Positions 30,156-41,847 of a stretch of DNA of 64,000 bases are shown in pieces (within the stretch, counting starts at the first letter, position 1; the number at the start of each line of letters is the position of its first letter). The notes below the pieces were generated by a model, which worked only from the letters and a program-made list of their open reading frames with translations, was not told where the DNA came from and searched no databases. The stretch is from an uncultured Prevotellaceae bacterium (lineage in GTDB: Bacteria > Bacteroidota > Bacteroidia > Bacteroidales > Bacteroidaceae): positions 2,403-66,402 of the forward strand of contig CALAEY010000012.1 in NCBI GenBank assembly GCA_937891085.1. Direction: 5' to 3'. Made by a program: the position numbers and the translations under genes.

Positions 30156-30633
30156 TTTTTCTTCCGCTCTTCCGCTAAATCTCGGTAGTGTATAGTATTC
30201 ATGAATTATCATAGCGGAAGAAGAGACGGAAGTAGCGGAAGTAAAACTGCAGATTTGGGCCAAAGATTGCGTAAAAAGGCTCCTTTCCTTGCTGCAATCT
30301 TGATAGGCATCAATCGCTCAAAATCAGAGATAGTTTCACTGTTAGATTATTCTGCTTGCAATGCTGTGGTTTTAAGGCTTGGAACTGTCAGTTCCATAGT
30401 TAGGGACTGCCAGTTTCATGCCGAGAGACTAAGAGTTCCACCCCATGAAACTGGTGTGGAACTGACGTTACGCTCTAAACCTATGTACTAATAAGAGGGG
30501 CATACTGATATATTTTACGCCATATTTCGACGAGAAACGCCTTTCTTCTTCCGCTTCTTCCGTCTCTTCTTCCGCTATGATAGTTTATAACGCACATGAA
30601 TTATCTAAATTTAGCGGAAGAGCGGAAGAAAAA
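30156..30633. repeat. ~480-bp element with ~90-bp terminal inverted repeats (MITE/REP-like)
   Basis: 30156-30180 is the exact reverse complement of 30609-30633 (25 bp), and 30207-30232 of 30557-30582 (26 bp); each arm is itself a CTTCCGCT/AGCGGAAG hairpin. Confidence 0.85.
30369..30456. repeat. Four degenerate 22-bp tandem units
   Basis: gttttaaggcttggaactgtca / gttccatagttagggactgcca / gtttcatgccgagagactaaga / gttccaccccatgaaactggtg. Confidence 0.7.
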
Positions 30634-30651
30634 CATGTAATAAAAATAGAA

Positions 30652-31521
30652 TTATCGACTATCTACCCCCCACATCATCTTGCCACGCAAGGTATCAAAG
30701 AAGTGGTGGTCAAAACGCTTCACCATCTTCAGTTTCAGATCGGCCTTGGAGATGCGCAGACGGGTGCTCTCATCGCATGAGAAACTGCGACCATCAATAG
30801 ATACCAAGAAGCTATGACTTCGACTCTCTACCTCCAAGGAGACTTCCCATTCATCACAAATCACGATGGGGCGACACGTGAGGCTATGGGGAGCCACGGG
30901 CGTGAGGGTCATGGTCTGGCTATGAGGCACGATGATAGGGCCACCCACACTCAGAGAATAGGCCGTGGAGCCTGTAGGGGTAGCCACGATAAGTCCATCG
31001 GCCTGATAGGTATTGAGGTGCTGACCGTTTACGGAAGCACGGATAGAAATCATCGAAGAACTATCGTGCTTCAGCAGGGCTATCTCATTGAGGGCATAAG
31101 GCTCATGCATCAGTCGCTTATCATTGCTCTGCAGCTGCAGCATGACGCGTTCCTCTATCTTATAGTGATTGGTATAGATCTCGCTCACCATATCCTCCAT
31201 CTCATCGGCAGAGACATCTGCCAAGAACCCCAGTCGGCCCGTATTGATGCCCAGTATGGGTATGTTCTTCTTCACGGCACGGCTGGCTGCTTTCAGGAAT
31301 GTGCCGTCGCCTCCCATACTTATCACCATATCGGCAGTGAAGTCTTGTCCGCTGAACAGTTCCAAGCCCGATAGCTTCAGGTGCTGTTCCTGCGTGAGGA
31401 AATGATAGAAGTCGGCATCCATGCAGATCTGTGCCTCATGCTGGCGCAGCAGATGGACGAGTTTTTCGGCAGCTGCCGACTTTTTGGGCTGGTAATTGTT
31501 CCCTATGATGGCAAATTTCAT
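30652..31521 (-). CDS. nadK: NAD kinase
   Basis: [39 protein letters not shown]. Confidence 0.95.
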   Translation of the reverse strand: MKFAIIGNNYQPKKSAAAEKLVHLLRQHEAQICMDADFYHFLTQEQHLKLSGLELFSGQDFTADMVISMGGDGTFLKAASRAVKKNIPILGINTGRLGFLADVSADEMEDMVSEIYTNHYKIEERVMLQLQSNDKRLMHEPYALNEIALLKHDSSSMISIRASVNGQHLNTYQADGLIVATPTGSTAYSLSVGGPIIVPHSQTMTLTPVAPHSLTCRPIVICDEWEVSLEVESRSHSFLVSIDGRSFSCDESTRLRISKADLKLKMVKRFDHHFFDTLRGKMMWGVDSR

Positions 31522-31637
31522 CGCTATTAGTATTTATTGACAATGCGAAGATACAATTTTTATTTTTTAAACAAGCATGTATGAATAGTTTTTGTATCTT
31601 TGTCCTTATTAAATACTAACAAAACGAATAGACAGAA

Positions 31638-32357
31638 ATGAATTTACTGATTTTCTTCCTCCTGCAGGCCGAAGAGCTGGCCGGAGGCTTGGTAGAGACA
31701 ATGCCCGTACTCAGCGAAACAGCCGAGACGGCTCAGTCAATGAACCTATGGGACCTGGCCGTGAAGGGTGGCTGGATTATGATAGTGCTGGCAGTGCTGT
31801 CGCTGATAGCCTTCTACATCCTCTTTGAGCGCTACTACGTCATCAAGCGGGCCGATAAGGAAGATCCTGAGTTCATGTTCAAGATCAAAGACTATATCAA
31901 GGACGGCAACGTGAAGGCAGCCATCACCTACTGCCAGAAGACTGATACGCCTGCCGCCCGCATGATAGAACGAGGCATCAGCCGCATAGGTCGTCCTGTA
32001 AACGATGTGCAGGCAGCCATAGAAAATGCTGGCAACCTGGAGGTGGCTAAGCTGGAAAAGGGCCTCAACGTGATGGCAACCATCGCTGGAGGTGCGCCTA
32101 TGATCGGCTTCCTGGGTACGGTGATCGGTATGGTGAGAGCCTTCTTCGAGATGTCGAATGCAGGAAACAACATCGATATCACGCTGCTTTCTGGTGGTAT
32201 CTATCAAGCCATGATCACCACGGTGGGTGGTCTGATAGTGGGTATCATCGCCATGTTTGCCTACAACTATCTGGTGACGCTGGTAGATGGCATCGTGAAT
32301 AAAATGGAAGCCAAGACATTGGCGTTTATGGACTTACTCAATGAACCTGAACAGTAA
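31638..32357 (+). CDS. exbB: MotA/TolQ/ExbB proton channel
   Basis: ATIAGGAPMIGFLGTVIGM, GIYQAMITTVGGL. Confidence 0.88.
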   Translation: MNLLIFFLLQAEELAGGLVETMPVLSETAETAQSMNLWDLAVKGGWIMIVLAVLSLIAFYILFERYYVIKRADKEDPEFMFKIKDYIKDGNVKAAITYCQKTDTPAARMIERGISRIGRPVNDVQAAIENAGNLEVAKLEKGLNVMATIAGGAPMIGFLGTVIGMVRAFFEMSNAGNNIDITLLSGGIYQAMITTVGGLIVGIIAMFAYNYLVTLVDGIVNKMEAKTLAFMDLLNEPEQ

Positions 32358-32770
32358 TGCTGAAGAGAAGAAATAAAATAAATCCGTCGTTCAGTATGTC
32401 GTCTATGACAGACGTCATCTTCCTGCTGTTGATCTTCTTTATGATCACCAGTACCATGGTGTCGCCCAATGCCATCAAGGTGCTGCTGCCACAAGGCAAG
32501 CAACAGACTTCGGCCAAGCCTCTCACGCGCGTGATTATAGATAAGGAGTTGAACCTCTTCGCTGCCTTTGGCAACGATCGGGAGCAATCGCTCACCTTCG
32601 AGGAACTCACGCCCTTCCTGCAAGACTGCGCTGATAGGGAGCCTGAGATGTATGTGGCCCTCTATGCTGATGAGAGCGTGCCTTATCGTGAGATAGTGAA
32701 AGTGCTGAACATAGCCAACGAGAATCATTTCAAGATGGTGCTGGCCACAAGGCCGCCTGAGAATAGATAA
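32357..32770 (+). CDS. exbD: Biopolymer transporter ExbD
   Basis: SMTDVIFLLLIFFMI, ADESVPY. Confidence 0.9.
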   Translation: MLKRRNKINPSFSMSSMTDVIFLLLIFFMITSTMVSPNAIKVLLPQGKQQTSAKPLTRVIIDKELNLFAAFGNDREQSLTFEELTPFLQDCADREPEMYVALYADESVPYREIVKVLNIANENHFKMVLATRPPENR

Positions 32771-32775
32771 AAGGT

Positions 32776-33660
32776 ATGGAGAAAAAGAAGAAAGGAAAAT
32801 ATGTAGGTGTCATCGGAGCCTTGGGCGTACATGCCTTATTGCTGCTTCTGCTGTTCTTGGTGAGTTTCGCACTGCCACGAATCGCCGAGGAAGACGGTAT
32901 GCCCGTAATGCTGGGTGACACACCTGATGCCTATGGCTTTGCCGATCCTTCCTTGGTGGATGTAGACGTGCTGCCTCAAGAGCCACTGATGGCCGAAGCG
33001 GAGGCTGTCGAGAAGGTGCCTTCGGAGCAAGACCTCATCACACAAGAGGAAGAGGAGACAGTGGCCGTGGCTCCAAAGAAGCAGGAAACCCCAAAGCCCA
33101 AGGAGACGACAAAGCCTGCAGTGACTACTCCTAAACAGCCTACTGAAGCAGAGCGTCGTGAAGCGGAGCGCAAGGCTGCAGAAGCCCGTGCAGAAGCAGA
33201 ACGAAAGGCTGCTGAGGAGAAAGCCGCAGAAGAGCAACGACAGGCTCAGGCTGCTGCCCGTAGCAGGGTGTCTGGTGCCTTTGGACGTGGCACGCAGATG
33301 GGCAGCAGGGGCAACACAGAAGGCGAAGGTCTGCAAGGCAGTCCTGACGGCAATTCCGAGACAGGTGCCACTTCAGGCGTAGGAGGCTATGGTTCCTATA
33401 GTTTAGGCGGACGCTCCTTAGGTCCTGGCGGACTCCCCCGCCCTACCTATAACGTGCCAGAGGAGGGACGTGTCGTAGTGGATATCACGGTGAATCCTGC
33501 TGGGCAAGTGATTGCCACTGGCATCAATCGCCAAACCAACACGGTGAATACCACCCTGCGCCGTGCTGCTGAGGAGGCTGCCAAGAAGGCACGCTTCAAC
33601 GAAGTGAGTGGTACGAACAACCAGACGGGTACCATCACTTATTACTTTAGACTGAAATAA
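32776..33660 (+). CDS. TonB/TolA-family energy transducer
   Basis: N-terminal TM, Ala/Glu/Lys-rich linker, C-terminal GRVVVDITVNPAGQV domain. Confidence 0.82.
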   Translation: MEKKKKGKYVGVIGALGVHALLLLLLFLVSFALPRIAEEDGMPVMLGDTPDAYGFADPSLVDVDVLPQEPLMAEAEAVEKVPSEQDLITQEEEETVAVAPKKQETPKPKETTKPAVTTPKQPTEAERREAERKAAEARAEAERKAAEEKAAEEQRQAQAAARSRVSGAFGRGTQMGSRGNTEGEGLQGSPDGNSETGATSGVGGYGSYSLGGRSLGPGGLPRPTYNVPEEGRVVVDITVNPAGQVIATGINRQTNTVNTTLRRAAEEAAKKARFNEVSGTNNQTGTITYYFRLK

Positions 33661-33678
33661 CAAAACATACGCTAAGAT

Positions 33679-34227
33679 ATGAAAACAGCTTACATTTTTT
33701 TCGCAGAAGGCTTTGAGGAGATAGAAGCCCTGACCACTGTGGATGTGCTCAGAAGAGCAGGCGTGAAGGCCGTGATGATTTCTGTCACTGCTGATGAGAT
33801 CGTTCGTGGTGCACATGGAGTTTCCGTACTTGTGGATAAAACCATCGACAACGTAGAGTTCAGTGAGGCCGACATGCTCATACTCCCTGGTGGCATGCCT
33901 GGTGCTGCTAATCTGGCAGCGTGCTCCACACTCACCAAGCAACTGAAAGCCTTTGCTGCTGCAGGAAAGCCATACGGAGCTATCTGCGCTGCACCTTTCG
34001 TACTGGGTCAATTAGGACTGCTGAAAGGCAAGCATGCCACTTGCTATCCTGGATTCGAAGGCCAACTTGAAGGGGCTGTAGTGACAGGTGCCATGGCAGA
34101 GCAAGACGGCAATGTCATCACAGGCAAAGGTCCTGCAGCTGCTGCTGAGTTTGCCCTGAAGATCGCTGCTCTGCTGGTTGGTCAGGAGAAAGCCGACGAG
34201 GTTGCTGCTGGTATGTTGCTGAAATGA
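33679..34227 (+). CDS. DJ-1/PfpI (ThiJ/YajL) family glyoxalase
   Basis: [27 protein letters not shown]. Confidence 0.92.
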   Translation: MKTAYIFFAEGFEEIEALTTVDVLRRAGVKAVMISVTADEIVRGAHGVSVLVDKTIDNVEFSEADMLILPGGMPGAANLAACSTLTKQLKAFAAAGKPYGAICAAPFVLGQLGLLKGKHATCYPGFEGQLEGAVVTGAMAEQDGNVITGKGPAAAAEFALKIAALLVGQEKADEVAAGMLLK

Positions 34228-34901
34228 GAAACCTATATGCCATCATCGTGGCAGGCGGCCGTGGTTCCCGCATGGGAAGCGAGCTGCCTAAGCAATTCCT
34301 ACCCATTGGTGGGGAGTCAGTCTTGATGCGCACGCTGGAGGCGTTCTACAACTATGACGCTCAGGTGCAGCTGATATTGGCTCTTCCTGCTGATCAACAG
34401 GCGTATTGGTCACAACTGTGTGCAGAGCATCACTTCACCATCCCTCACAGAGTGGTAGATGGTGGAGAGACGCGCTTTCACTCCGTGCTCCATGCGTTGG
34501 CGCTTGTTGAGGGCGATGGACTTGTAGCCGTACATGATGGCGTACGTCCCTTTGTGCATCCAGACACTATCAACCGCTGCTTTGCCAGTGCTTACGAGCA
34601 TGGGGCTGCCATTCCTGTGGTAGATGTAGTGGACTCCATGCGCCACCTAAACGGAGAAAACAGCAAGGCCGTGCCTCGTGCAGACTACCGATTGGTGCAG
34701 ACACCACAGGTCTTCGACATTGCCTTACTGAAGAAAGCCTATAGGCAACCCTATCAGCCATCGTTTACAGACGATGCCTCTGTAGTGGAGGCACTTGGAC
34801 ATGAGATATCCCTGACAGAGGGCAATAGGGAGAACATCAAGATCACCACTCCCTTTGATTTGATCATCGCAGAAGCACTGTTGGCATCATGTACGATTTA
34901 G
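34224..34901 (+). CDS. ispD: 2-C-methyl-D-erythritol 4-phosphate cytidylyltransferase
   Basis: AGGRGSRM...[30 protein letters not shown]. Confidence 0.94.
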   Translation: MRNLYAIIVAGGRGSRMGSELPKQFLPIGGESVLMRTLEAFYNYDAQVQLILALPADQQAYWSQLCAEHHFTIPHRVVDGGETRFHSVLHALALVEGDGLVAVHDGVRPFVHPDTINRCFASAYEHGAAIPVVDVVDSMRHLNGENSKAVPRADYRLVQTPQVFDIALLKKAYRQPYQPSFTDDASVVEALGHEISLTEGNRENIKITTPFDLIIAEALLASCTI

Positions 34902-36985
34902 CTTCGAGAGACATCAAATACCTATCGGGCGTAGGACCACAACGCGCCTCCTTGCTCAACAAGGAGTTGGGGATCTATACTCTCCACGACCTACTCTACT
35001 ATTTCCCCTACAAGTATGTAGACAGGAGTCGCATCTACAGCATCCATGAGATAGATGCTGCCATGCCCTATATCCAACTGAAAGGCGAGATTGTGAGTTT
35101 CGAGACGGCTGGTGAAGGCCGAGGTCGAAGGCTGATAGCCCATTTCACAGATAGCACTGGCTTCGTAGACTTGGTGTGGTTCCAAGGCATCAAGTACCTG
35201 CTGAATAGGTATAAGGTACACAAGGAGTATTTGGTATTTGGCAAGCCGTCTGTGTTTAATGGGAGGATAAACATCGCACACCCTGACATTGATGCTGCAG
35301 AGGAGGTACAGCCTTCCAACTTAGGGCTCCAGCCTTACTACAATACCACGGAGAAGATGAAACGGAGCATGCTCAACTCACATGCCATCGAAAAGTTGAT
35401 GGGCACCGTGGTGAAGCAAATCCTAGAACCCATACCTGAAACCCTCTCACCAAAAATACTGCAAGAGCACCATCTGATGCCGCTTACTGAGGCACTGACC
35501 AATCTGCACTTCCCCAAAAATGTGGAACTGCTGAAGCAGGCACAGTATCGCATGAAGTTCGAGGAGCTGTTCTATGTGCAACTGAACATCCTGCGCTATG
35601 CCAGCGATCGCATGCGGAAATTCCGTGGCTACATCTTCAGCAAGGTGGGTGAGGCTTTCAATACATTCTATAGCCATTACCTCCCCTTTGAACTGACAGG
35701 TGCACAGAAGCGCGTCATCAAGGAGGCTCGCAAGGACATGGGCTCTGGCAGGCAGATGAACCGTTTGCTGCAAGGCGATGTGGGAAGCGGAAAGACATTG
35801 GTGGCACTGATGTGCATGCTCATTGCCAAAGACAATGGGTTCCAGTCGTGCATGATGGCCCCTACAGAGATACTGGCACACCAGCACTACGAAACGCTGA
35901 AAGGATTTCTGAAAGACATGGATGTGCATGTGGAACTCCTCACAGGTTCCATCAAAGGGAAGCGACGCGAGAGCATCCTGCAAGGATTGCTCAATGGTGA
36001 GGTGGACATCCTGATAGGTACCCATGCAGTGATAGAAGATACGGTGGAGTTCCATGCCTTAGGATTGGCAATTATCGATGAGCAGCATCGTTTTGGCGTG
36101 GCGCAACGTGCCCGCCTATGGAGTAAGAACACCAATCCTCCGCATGTACTGGTAATGACGGCCACCCCTATCCCACGCACTTTGGCCATGACACTCTATG
36201 GCGATTTGGATGTATCTGTCATCGATGAATTGCCTCCGGGCAGGAAGCCTGTAGCTACCATACACCAATATGAGAACAGGCGGGCACAGCTTCACGACTT
36301 TATCCATGAGCAGGTAGAAAGTGGCAGACAAGCCTACATCGTCTTCCCATTGATTCAGGAAAGTGAGAAGATAGACTTGCAGAACTTAGAGGATGGCTAC
36401 CTACGCATCAAGGAGGCCTTCCCAGAGTATAATGTCTGCAAGGTGCATGGTAAGATGAAGCCTACCGAGAAAGACGCTCAGATGCAGCAGTTTGTATCTG
36501 GAGAAGCACAGATTTTAGTGGCCACTACCGTCATAGAGGTGGGAGTGAACGTACCCAATGCCTCTGTGATGATTATAGAAAACGCTGAGCGCTTCGGACT
36601 CTCGCAGCTTCACCAACTTCGTGGCAGAGTGGGTAGAGGAGCCGACCAGTCGTATTGTGTGCTTGTGACCAGCTTCAAGCTTTCTGAAGAAACGCGTAAG
36701 CGCATAGAGATTATGGTGCGCACCAATGATGGTTTTGAGATAGCAGAGGCAGACCTAAAACTGCGAGGTCCTGGCGACTTGGAAGGCACGCAGCAAAGTG
36801 GCGTAGCCTTCGACCTTAAGATAGCCGATTTGGCTCATGACGGGCAGCTGTTGCAGTACGTCAGAGAGGTGGCACAGGGCATTGTAGAAGCAGACCCGCA
36901 AGGGATATTACCAGAGAATGCAGTGCTTTGGAAGCAACTGAAAGCACTCCGCAAAAGCAATGTTAATTGGTCGGCTATTAGCTGA
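34889..36985 (+). CDS. recG: ATP-dependent DNA helicase RecG
   Basis: [39 protein letters not shown]. Confidence 0.97.
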   Translation: MYDLASRDIKYLSGVGPQRASLLNKELGIYTLHDLLYYFPYKYVDRSRIYSIHEIDAAMPYIQLKGEIVSFETAGEGRGRRLIAHFTDSTGFVDLVWFQGIKYLLNRYKVHKEYLVFGKPSVFNGRINIAHPDIDAAEEVQPSNLGLQPYYNTTEKMKRSMLNSHAIEKLMGTVVKQILEPIPETLSPKILQEHHLMPLTEALTNLHFPKNVELLKQAQYRMKFEELFYVQLNILRYASDRMRKFRGYIFSKVGEAFNTFYSHYLPFELTGAQKRVIKEARKDMGSGRQMNRLLQGDVGSGKTLVALMCMLIAKDNGFQSCMMAPTEILAHQHYETLKGFLKDMDVHVELLTGSIKGKRRESILQGLLNGEVDILIGTHAVIEDTVEFHALGLAIIDEQHRFGVAQRARLWSKNTNPPHVLVMTATPIPRTLAMTLYGDLDVSVIDELPPGRKPVATIHQYENRRAQLHDFIHEQVESGRQAYIVFPLIQESEKIDLQNLEDGYLRIKEAFPEYNVCKVHGKMKPTEKDAQMQQFVSGEAQILVATTVIEVGVNVPNASVMIIENAERFGLSQLHQLRGRVGRGADQSYCVLVTSFKLSEETRKRIEIMVRTNDGFEIAEADLKLRGPGDLEGTQQSGVAFDLKIADLAHDGQLLQYVREVAQGIVEADPQGILPENAVLWKQLKALRKSNVNWSAIS

Positions 36986-37099
36986 AAGAATGTTAAAACA
37001 CACCCAGTTAGCAAAAAAAATGCAGAGAAAGGGTGGAGATTCAGAATAAAAACATTACCTTTGCCCAAATCCGTGTTTTAGGAGACTAACGTAATACGC

Positions 37100-38002
37100 A
37101 TGAAACATTTAACAAAAATACTTTTAGCAGGGGCCTTGGCAATGTTCAGTGTGAGTGCATTCTCCCAAGATCTGATCGCCGATCAGGCACCTATAGACAA
37201 GAAAATCAAGAGCGTGGACTCATTGGCTCTGCAGAAGCAAATCAGAGTGGAGCAGAATGAGTTTCCTGGACTTGATTTGTATCCAGAATGGACGAATAAC
37301 TACGTCAACTATTCCAATGCAAAGATTCCAGATAGCTATGAGATAGACTTGACGGGATTCTATATGCCTACTCCAAGCACTAAGATTACTGATATCTTTG
37401 GTTATCGTCCTCGCAGACGTCGTTCACATGCAGGTTTGGACATCAAGGTGCAAGTAGGTGATTCTATCCACGCTGCTTTCGATGGCAAGGTGCGTGTAGT
37501 GCAAGACCAAGGTCGTCAGGGTTATGGCAAGTACATCGTGATTCGTCATGACAATGGACTGGAGACCGTTTATGGTCACTTGTCAAAGCATTTGGTAAAG
37601 CCTGACCAACTTGTAAGAGCAGGTGATGTCATTGGCTTAGGTGGCAGCACGGGCCGTTCTACAGGTTCTCATCTCCATTTTGAAACCAGATTCCTTGGTG
37701 TAGCTATTAATCCTGCATTGATGTTCGACTTTGAGAAGCAAGACATTGTAGCAGACAGCTATACGTTCCATAAGAATAAGGTAAACGAGAAGAAGACTTC
37801 GAAGGCATCTACCAATACGGCAGTTGCTGCTACTGCTACCGCATCTGGCAATTCTTCTGCTGCTTATTACAAGGTTAAGAAGGGCGACAGCCTTTCTAAG
37901 ATTGCTGCTCAGCAGGGCGTGAGCATCGACAAACTCTGCCAGCTGAACAACATCACACGCAAGTCTATTTTACGCCCAGGACAGCTCTTACGTTGCTCAT
38001 GA
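37100..38002 (+). CDS. M23 family peptidase with C-terminal LysM
   Basis: HAGLD, YGHL, STGSHLHFE; YKVKKGDSLSKIA LysM. Confidence 0.92.
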   Translation: MKHLTKILLAGALAMFSVSAFSQDLIADQAPIDKKIKSVDSLALQKQIRVEQNEFPGLDLYPEWTNNYVNYSNAKIPDSYEIDLTGFYMPTPSTKITDIFGYRPRRRRSHAGLDIKVQVGDSIHAAFDGKVRVVQDQGRQGYGKYIVIRHDNGLETVYGHLSKHLVKPDQLVRAGDVIGLGGSTGRSTGSHLHFETRFLGVAINPALMFDFEKQDIVADSYTFHKNKVNEKKTSKASTNTAVAATATASGNSSAAYYKVKKGDSLSKIAAQQGVSIDKLCQLNNITRKSILRPGQLLRCS

Positions 38003-38019
38003 CAACAAAATAACGAGAT

Positions 38020-38065
38020 AAATGGGGCACTTTAATATAAATTAGAGTGCCCCATTTCTTTTTTT
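38020..38065 (+). terminator. Intrinsic terminator
   Basis: aaatggggcactttaat/attagagtgccccattt followed by a T-run. Confidence 0.75.
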
Positions 38066-38104
38066 GCGTTATTATTCCTAACTTTGCACATCATCTGTAA
38101 GATT

Positions 38105-38650
38105 ATGAGAGATACGAAAGAACAATTCAAGAAAGTAATTGCCGAATGCCGTGAATTGTATGCTAAGAAGCTACATGACTACGGTCCGGCATGGCGTATC
38201 ATGCGCCCCTCTTCCGTCACTGATCAGATATTCATCAAGGCCAATCGCATCAGAAGCATTGAAATCAAGGGGGTGACTATGGTAGATGAAGGCATCTTGC
38301 CTGAGTTCATAGGCATTGTGAACTATGGCGTGATAGGACTTATCCAGTTGGAACTGGGTTATGCAGAGAAAGCCGACATCTCTGTAGAGGAGGCATTGAA
38401 GCTCTATGACAAATATACAGAGAAAGCGATGAACCTGATGTTTGCGAAGAACCATGACTACGACGAGGCTTGGCGCAGCATGAGGGTGAGCTCATTTACG
38501 GACATTATCCTGATGAAGATTTATCGTACCAAGCAGATTGAAAGCCTGGCGGGACACACCTTGGTATCAGAAGGCATAGATGCCAACTTCATGGATATGA
38601 TAAATTATGCGGTCTTTGGCTTAATAAAGTTGGAGTTTGGAGAAGACTAA
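38105..38650 (+). CDS. DUF1599 (nucleotide-modification-associated) protein
   Basis: Duplicated K..DYG.AWR / KNHDYDEAWR motifs. Confidence 0.8.
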   Translation: MRDTKEQFKKVIAECRELYAKKLHDYGPAWRIMRPSSVTDQIFIKANRIRSIEIKGVTMVDEGILPEFIGIVNYGVIGLIQLELGYAEKADISVEEALKLYDKYTEKAMNLMFAKNHDYDEAWRSMRVSSFTDIILMKIYRTKQIESLAGHTLVSEGIDANFMDMINYAVFGLIKLEFGED

Positions 38651-39923
38651 CTACAAGGAGAGCATCCTCTGGAAGATTCTGGTGAATATCAGCGCTGTGC
38701 TTTTGGGACTGGTATTCATCTTCTCTGGTTTTGTCAAGGCGGTAGATCCACTGGGCACTAACTATAAGATACAGGATTATGTGGAAGCCTTCGGCCTGAG
38801 CAGATTAGTTCCAGATTTCCTACCGTTGATGCTGTCTGTTACCTTGTGCTGCCTGGAGTTTATGATTGGCATCATGCTGCTTTTCAGAGTGAGAAAACGC
38901 ATTGCTTCCATCTTGGCATTGGCAATGCTGCTTGTCATGACTCCCCTGACGCTCTACTTGGCACTGACAAACCCCATTTCAGACTGTGGCTGCTTCGGTG
39001 ATGCCTTGGTACTGACCAACTGGCAGACGTTCTATAAGAATGTGGTGCTGCTTCTGTGTGCCATCGTGGTGTTCATCAGCTATGATAAGTTGGGCAATCT
39101 ACTCTCCCAGAAAAAAGAATGGATGGTCACTACGTGGTCATTTATCTTCATCCTCGGGATGGCTTTGTATACGTTGTATTACATTCCCGTATTCGACTTC
39201 CGTCCATTCAAGGTGGGTGTAAACATTCCTGAAGCGATGGAAATACCCGAAGATGCAGAACTGAGCGAATATGACACCCGCTTCGTGATGGAGAAAGACG
39301 GCGTTAGGAAGGAGTTTGGCTTAGATGACTATCCAGACAGCACATGGACGTTTGTGGAGTCTAAGACGGTGCTACTGAAGCAAGGCTACGAACCTCCTAT
39401 CTATGATTTCTCCCTGATGAGTTACGAGACTGGAGAAGACATGACAGGCGACATTCTGGAGCGCAGAGGATACACCTTCCTGCTGGTGGTCCACAGAGTG
39501 GAGGAAGCTGACGACAGTGATATCGACCTGGTAAATGAGATCTTCGACTACTCAGTTGAGCATGGCTATCCCTTCTATGCCTTGACCTCTTCTCCAGCAG
39601 AAGAGATTGAGGCCTGGCGTGAGAATACAGGGGCAGAATACGAGTTCTTCTTGGCTGACGACATCGTATTGAAGACTGTAGTACGCTCCAACCCTGGACT
39701 GCTATTGCTGAAAGACGGCACCATCTGGAATAAGTGGTCCAACAACAACCTGCCTGACGAGTTTGCCCTGAGTGCGCCTCTGGATCAGGTAGAATTAGGC
39801 CAACAGAAAGTGATAAACAATCCGATGAGGTTCTTGATGATATTCCTCATCTTCATTGTGCCACTTTCCCTGCTGTTAGGACAAGACATGATCCTCAAGC
39901 AGATGCATAGGAAAAAGAACTGA
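38637..39923 (+). CDS. DoxX/MauE-domain membrane protein (BT_3928-like)
   Basis: FSGFVKAVDPLG, DCGCFGDA, RSNPG motifs; precedes tpiA. Confidence 0.8.
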   Translation: MEKTNYKESILWKILVNISAVLLGLVFIFSGFVKAVDPLGTNYKIQDYVEAFGLSRLVPDFLPLMLSVTLCCLEFMIGIMLLFRVRKRIASILALAMLLVMTPLTLYLALTNPISDCGCFGDALVLTNWQTFYKNVVLLLCAIVVFISYDKLGNLLSQKKEWMVTTWSFIFILGMALYTLYYIPVFDFRPFKVGVNIPEAMEIPEDAELSEYDTRFVMEKDGVRKEFGLDDYPDSTWTFVESKTVLLKQGYEPPIYDFSLMSYETGEDMTGDILERRGYTFLLVVHRVEEADDSDIDLVNEIFDYSVEHGYPFYALTSSPAEEIEAWRENTGAEYEFFLADDIVLKTVVRSNPGLLLLKDGTIWNKWSNNNLPDEFALSAPLDQVELGQQKVINNPMRFLMIFLIFIVPLSLLLGQDMILKQMHRKKN

Positions 39924-39947
39924 TTATTAACTTTATTATAAAAACAA

Positions 39948-40709
39948 ATGAGAAAGAAAATTGTAGCAGGCAACTGGAAAATGAATCTGGACCTGCAAGA
40001 AGGTATTGCTTTGGCAAAAGAGTTGAACGAGGCTTTGACAGCTGACAAACCTAACTGTGATGTTGTGATTTGCACTCCATTCATCCACTTGGCTTCTGTA
40101 GCTCCTGTTCTGGATGCTAATCTGATTGGGCTGGGTGCTGAGAACTGCGCTGACAAGGAGAAAGGCGCCTTCACTGGTGAAGTATCTGCCAAGATGGTTA
40201 AGAGCACTGGTGCACAGTATGTGATTCTGGGTCATTCTGAGCGTCGTGAGTACTACAAGGAGACTCCTGAGATCCTGAAGGAGAAGGTTCTGCTGGCTCT
40301 GGTCAATGGTCTGAAAGTAATCTTCTGCATCGGTGAGAGCCTGGAAGAGCGCGAGGCCAACAAGCAGAATGAGGTTGTTAAGGCTGAGTTGGAAGGCAGT
40401 GTATTCAACCTGAGCGCTGAAGACTTCGCTAAGATTGTCATCGCTTATGAGCCAATCTGGGCCATCGGTACTGGCAAGACTGCTACTGCTGATCAGGCAG
40501 AGGAGATCCACGCTTACATCCGTGGTTGCGTGGCAGAGAAGTATGGCAAAGAGGTTGCAGAGAACACCTCTATCCTCTATGGTGGTAGCTGCAAGGCAAG
40601 CAATGCTCCTGAGCTGTTCGCAAAGCCTGACATCGACGGTGGCTTGATCGGTGGTGCTTCACTGAAGTGCGCTGATTTCAAGGGTATCATTGATGCTTGG
40701 AAGAAATAA
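39948..40709 (+). CDS. tpiA: Triosephosphate isomerase
   Basis: [35 protein letters not shown]. Confidence 0.98.
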   Translation: MRKKIVAGNWKMNLDLQEGIALAKELNEALTADKPNCDVVICTPFIHLASVAPVLDANLIGLGAENCADKEKGAFTGEVSAKMVKSTGAQYVILGHSERREYYKETPEILKEKVLLALVNGLKVIFCIGESLEEREANKQNEVVKAELEGSVFNLSAEDFAKIVIAYEPIWAIGTGKTATADQAEEIHAYIRGCVAEKYGKEVAENTSILYGGSCKASNAPELFAKPDIDGGLIGGASLKCADFKGIIDAWKK

Positions 40710-40720
40710 GATTACAACCA

Positions 40721-40760
40721 GAAAGATCGTGCCAGCTAATTGGCTGGCATGGTCTTTTCT
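40721..40760 (+). terminator. Intrinsic terminator after tpiA
   Basis: aagatcgtgccagc/gctggcatggtctt followed by a T-rich tail. Confidence 0.7.
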
Positions 40761-40786
40761 ATTTACAACCAACAGAGAGTAAGGTC

Positions 40787-41257
40787 ATGAAGAAATTTAT
40801 TGCACTCCTGGCATTCCTGATGATACAGGCATGCATCTGCATTTACGCCCAGAGTATCATCGACCACCTGCAGCAAAACGGTGCAGGCTTGGGCAATGTG
40901 ACCATTCATCAGGATGATGACATCGCTGCTCTTCTGAGTTCGGACTTAGCATCGGCCAAAGGCAACCGTTCCACTACATCTGCCACAGTCAAGAAGCAAG
41001 GCTACAGAGTACAAGTCTATGTAGGCAACAATACCAGAGCCTCAAAGAACGAAGCCAGCAAGATTGCTTCAGATGTAAGGAATAAGTTCCCAGACATGCC
41101 AGTATATGCTATGTTCAATCCTCCACGTTGGCTCTGCCGTGTGGGCGATTTCAGAACCATCGAAGAAGCTCATGCAGCGATGAGAGAGATTAAGAAGCAA
41201 GGGAATTTCAGAGAAGTTTCCGTAGTCAAGGATCAGATTGTTTTACCACTAGAATAA
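40787..41257 (+). CDS. SPOR-domain protein
   Basis: Signal peptide; GYRVQVY...[13 protein letters not shown]. Confidence 0.82.
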   Translation: MKKFIALLAFLMIQACICIYAQSIIDHLQQNGAGLGNVTIHQDDDIAALLSSDLASAKGNRSTTSATVKKQGYRVQVYVGNNTRASKNEASKIASDVRNKFPDMPVYAMFNPPRWLCRVGDFRTIEEAHAAMREIKKQGNFREVSVVKDQIVLPLE

Positions 41258-41259
41258 GC

Positions 41260-41847
41260 ATGTTAAGTAAGGAAGAAGTCAATTCTCCGGCATTGCTGGA
41301 GTTGCAGAAGCATTATAGCAGGATTATCACCCTACTGGGTGAGGATGTACGTCGCGAAGGATTAGTCAAGACTCCCGAGCGTGTGGCGAAAGCCATGATT
41401 ACGCTGACAAGAGGATATGAGTTAGATCCTCGGGAAGTGTTGTTGTCTGCCCGCTTCAGAGAAGACTATAAGCAAATGGTGATTGTTAAGGACATTGATT
41501 TCTTCTCACTCTGCGAACATCACATGCTCCCTTTCTATGGGAAAGCACACGTGGCATATATTCCTAATGAGTATATCACAGGCTTGAGCAAAATTGCTCG
41601 CGTGGTGGACATTTTCTCTCATCGCCTGCAAGTGCAGGAGCGCATGACGACACAGATTAAAGAATGCATTCAGGAAACCCTCAATCCTATGGGGGTCATG
41701 GTGGTGTTGGAAGCCAAGCATATGTGTATGCAGATGCGGGGAGTAGAAAAGCAAAACTCCATCACTACAACGTCTGATTTTACAGGAGCATTCAATCAAG
41801 CCAAGACCCGCGCGGAGTTCATGGACTTGATACGCAACAAGTCATAA
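41260..41847 (+). CDS. folE: GTP cyclohydrolase I
   Basis: [35 protein letters not shown]. Confidence 0.96.
   Translation: MLSKEEVNSPALLELQKHYSRIITLLGEDVRREGLVKTPERVAKAMITLTRGYELDPREVLLSARFREDYKQMVIVKDIDFFSLCEHHMLPFYGKAHVAYIPNEYITGLSKIARVVDIFSHRLQVQERMTTQIKECIQETLNPMGVMVVLEAKHMCMQMRGVEKQNSITTTSDFTGAFNQAKTRAEFMDLIRNKS

Noticed and set aside
30369..30456. 22-bp units (here and at 50430-50635) as a CRISPR array
   Set aside because: Units are contiguous and degenerate, with no repeat-spacer alternation and no cas genes.
30057..30780. Short ORFs 30057-30263, 30201-30491 and 30577-30780, two sharing FSGRAEEK
   Set aside because: The shared peptide is just the translation of the inverted repeat; no coding evidence.
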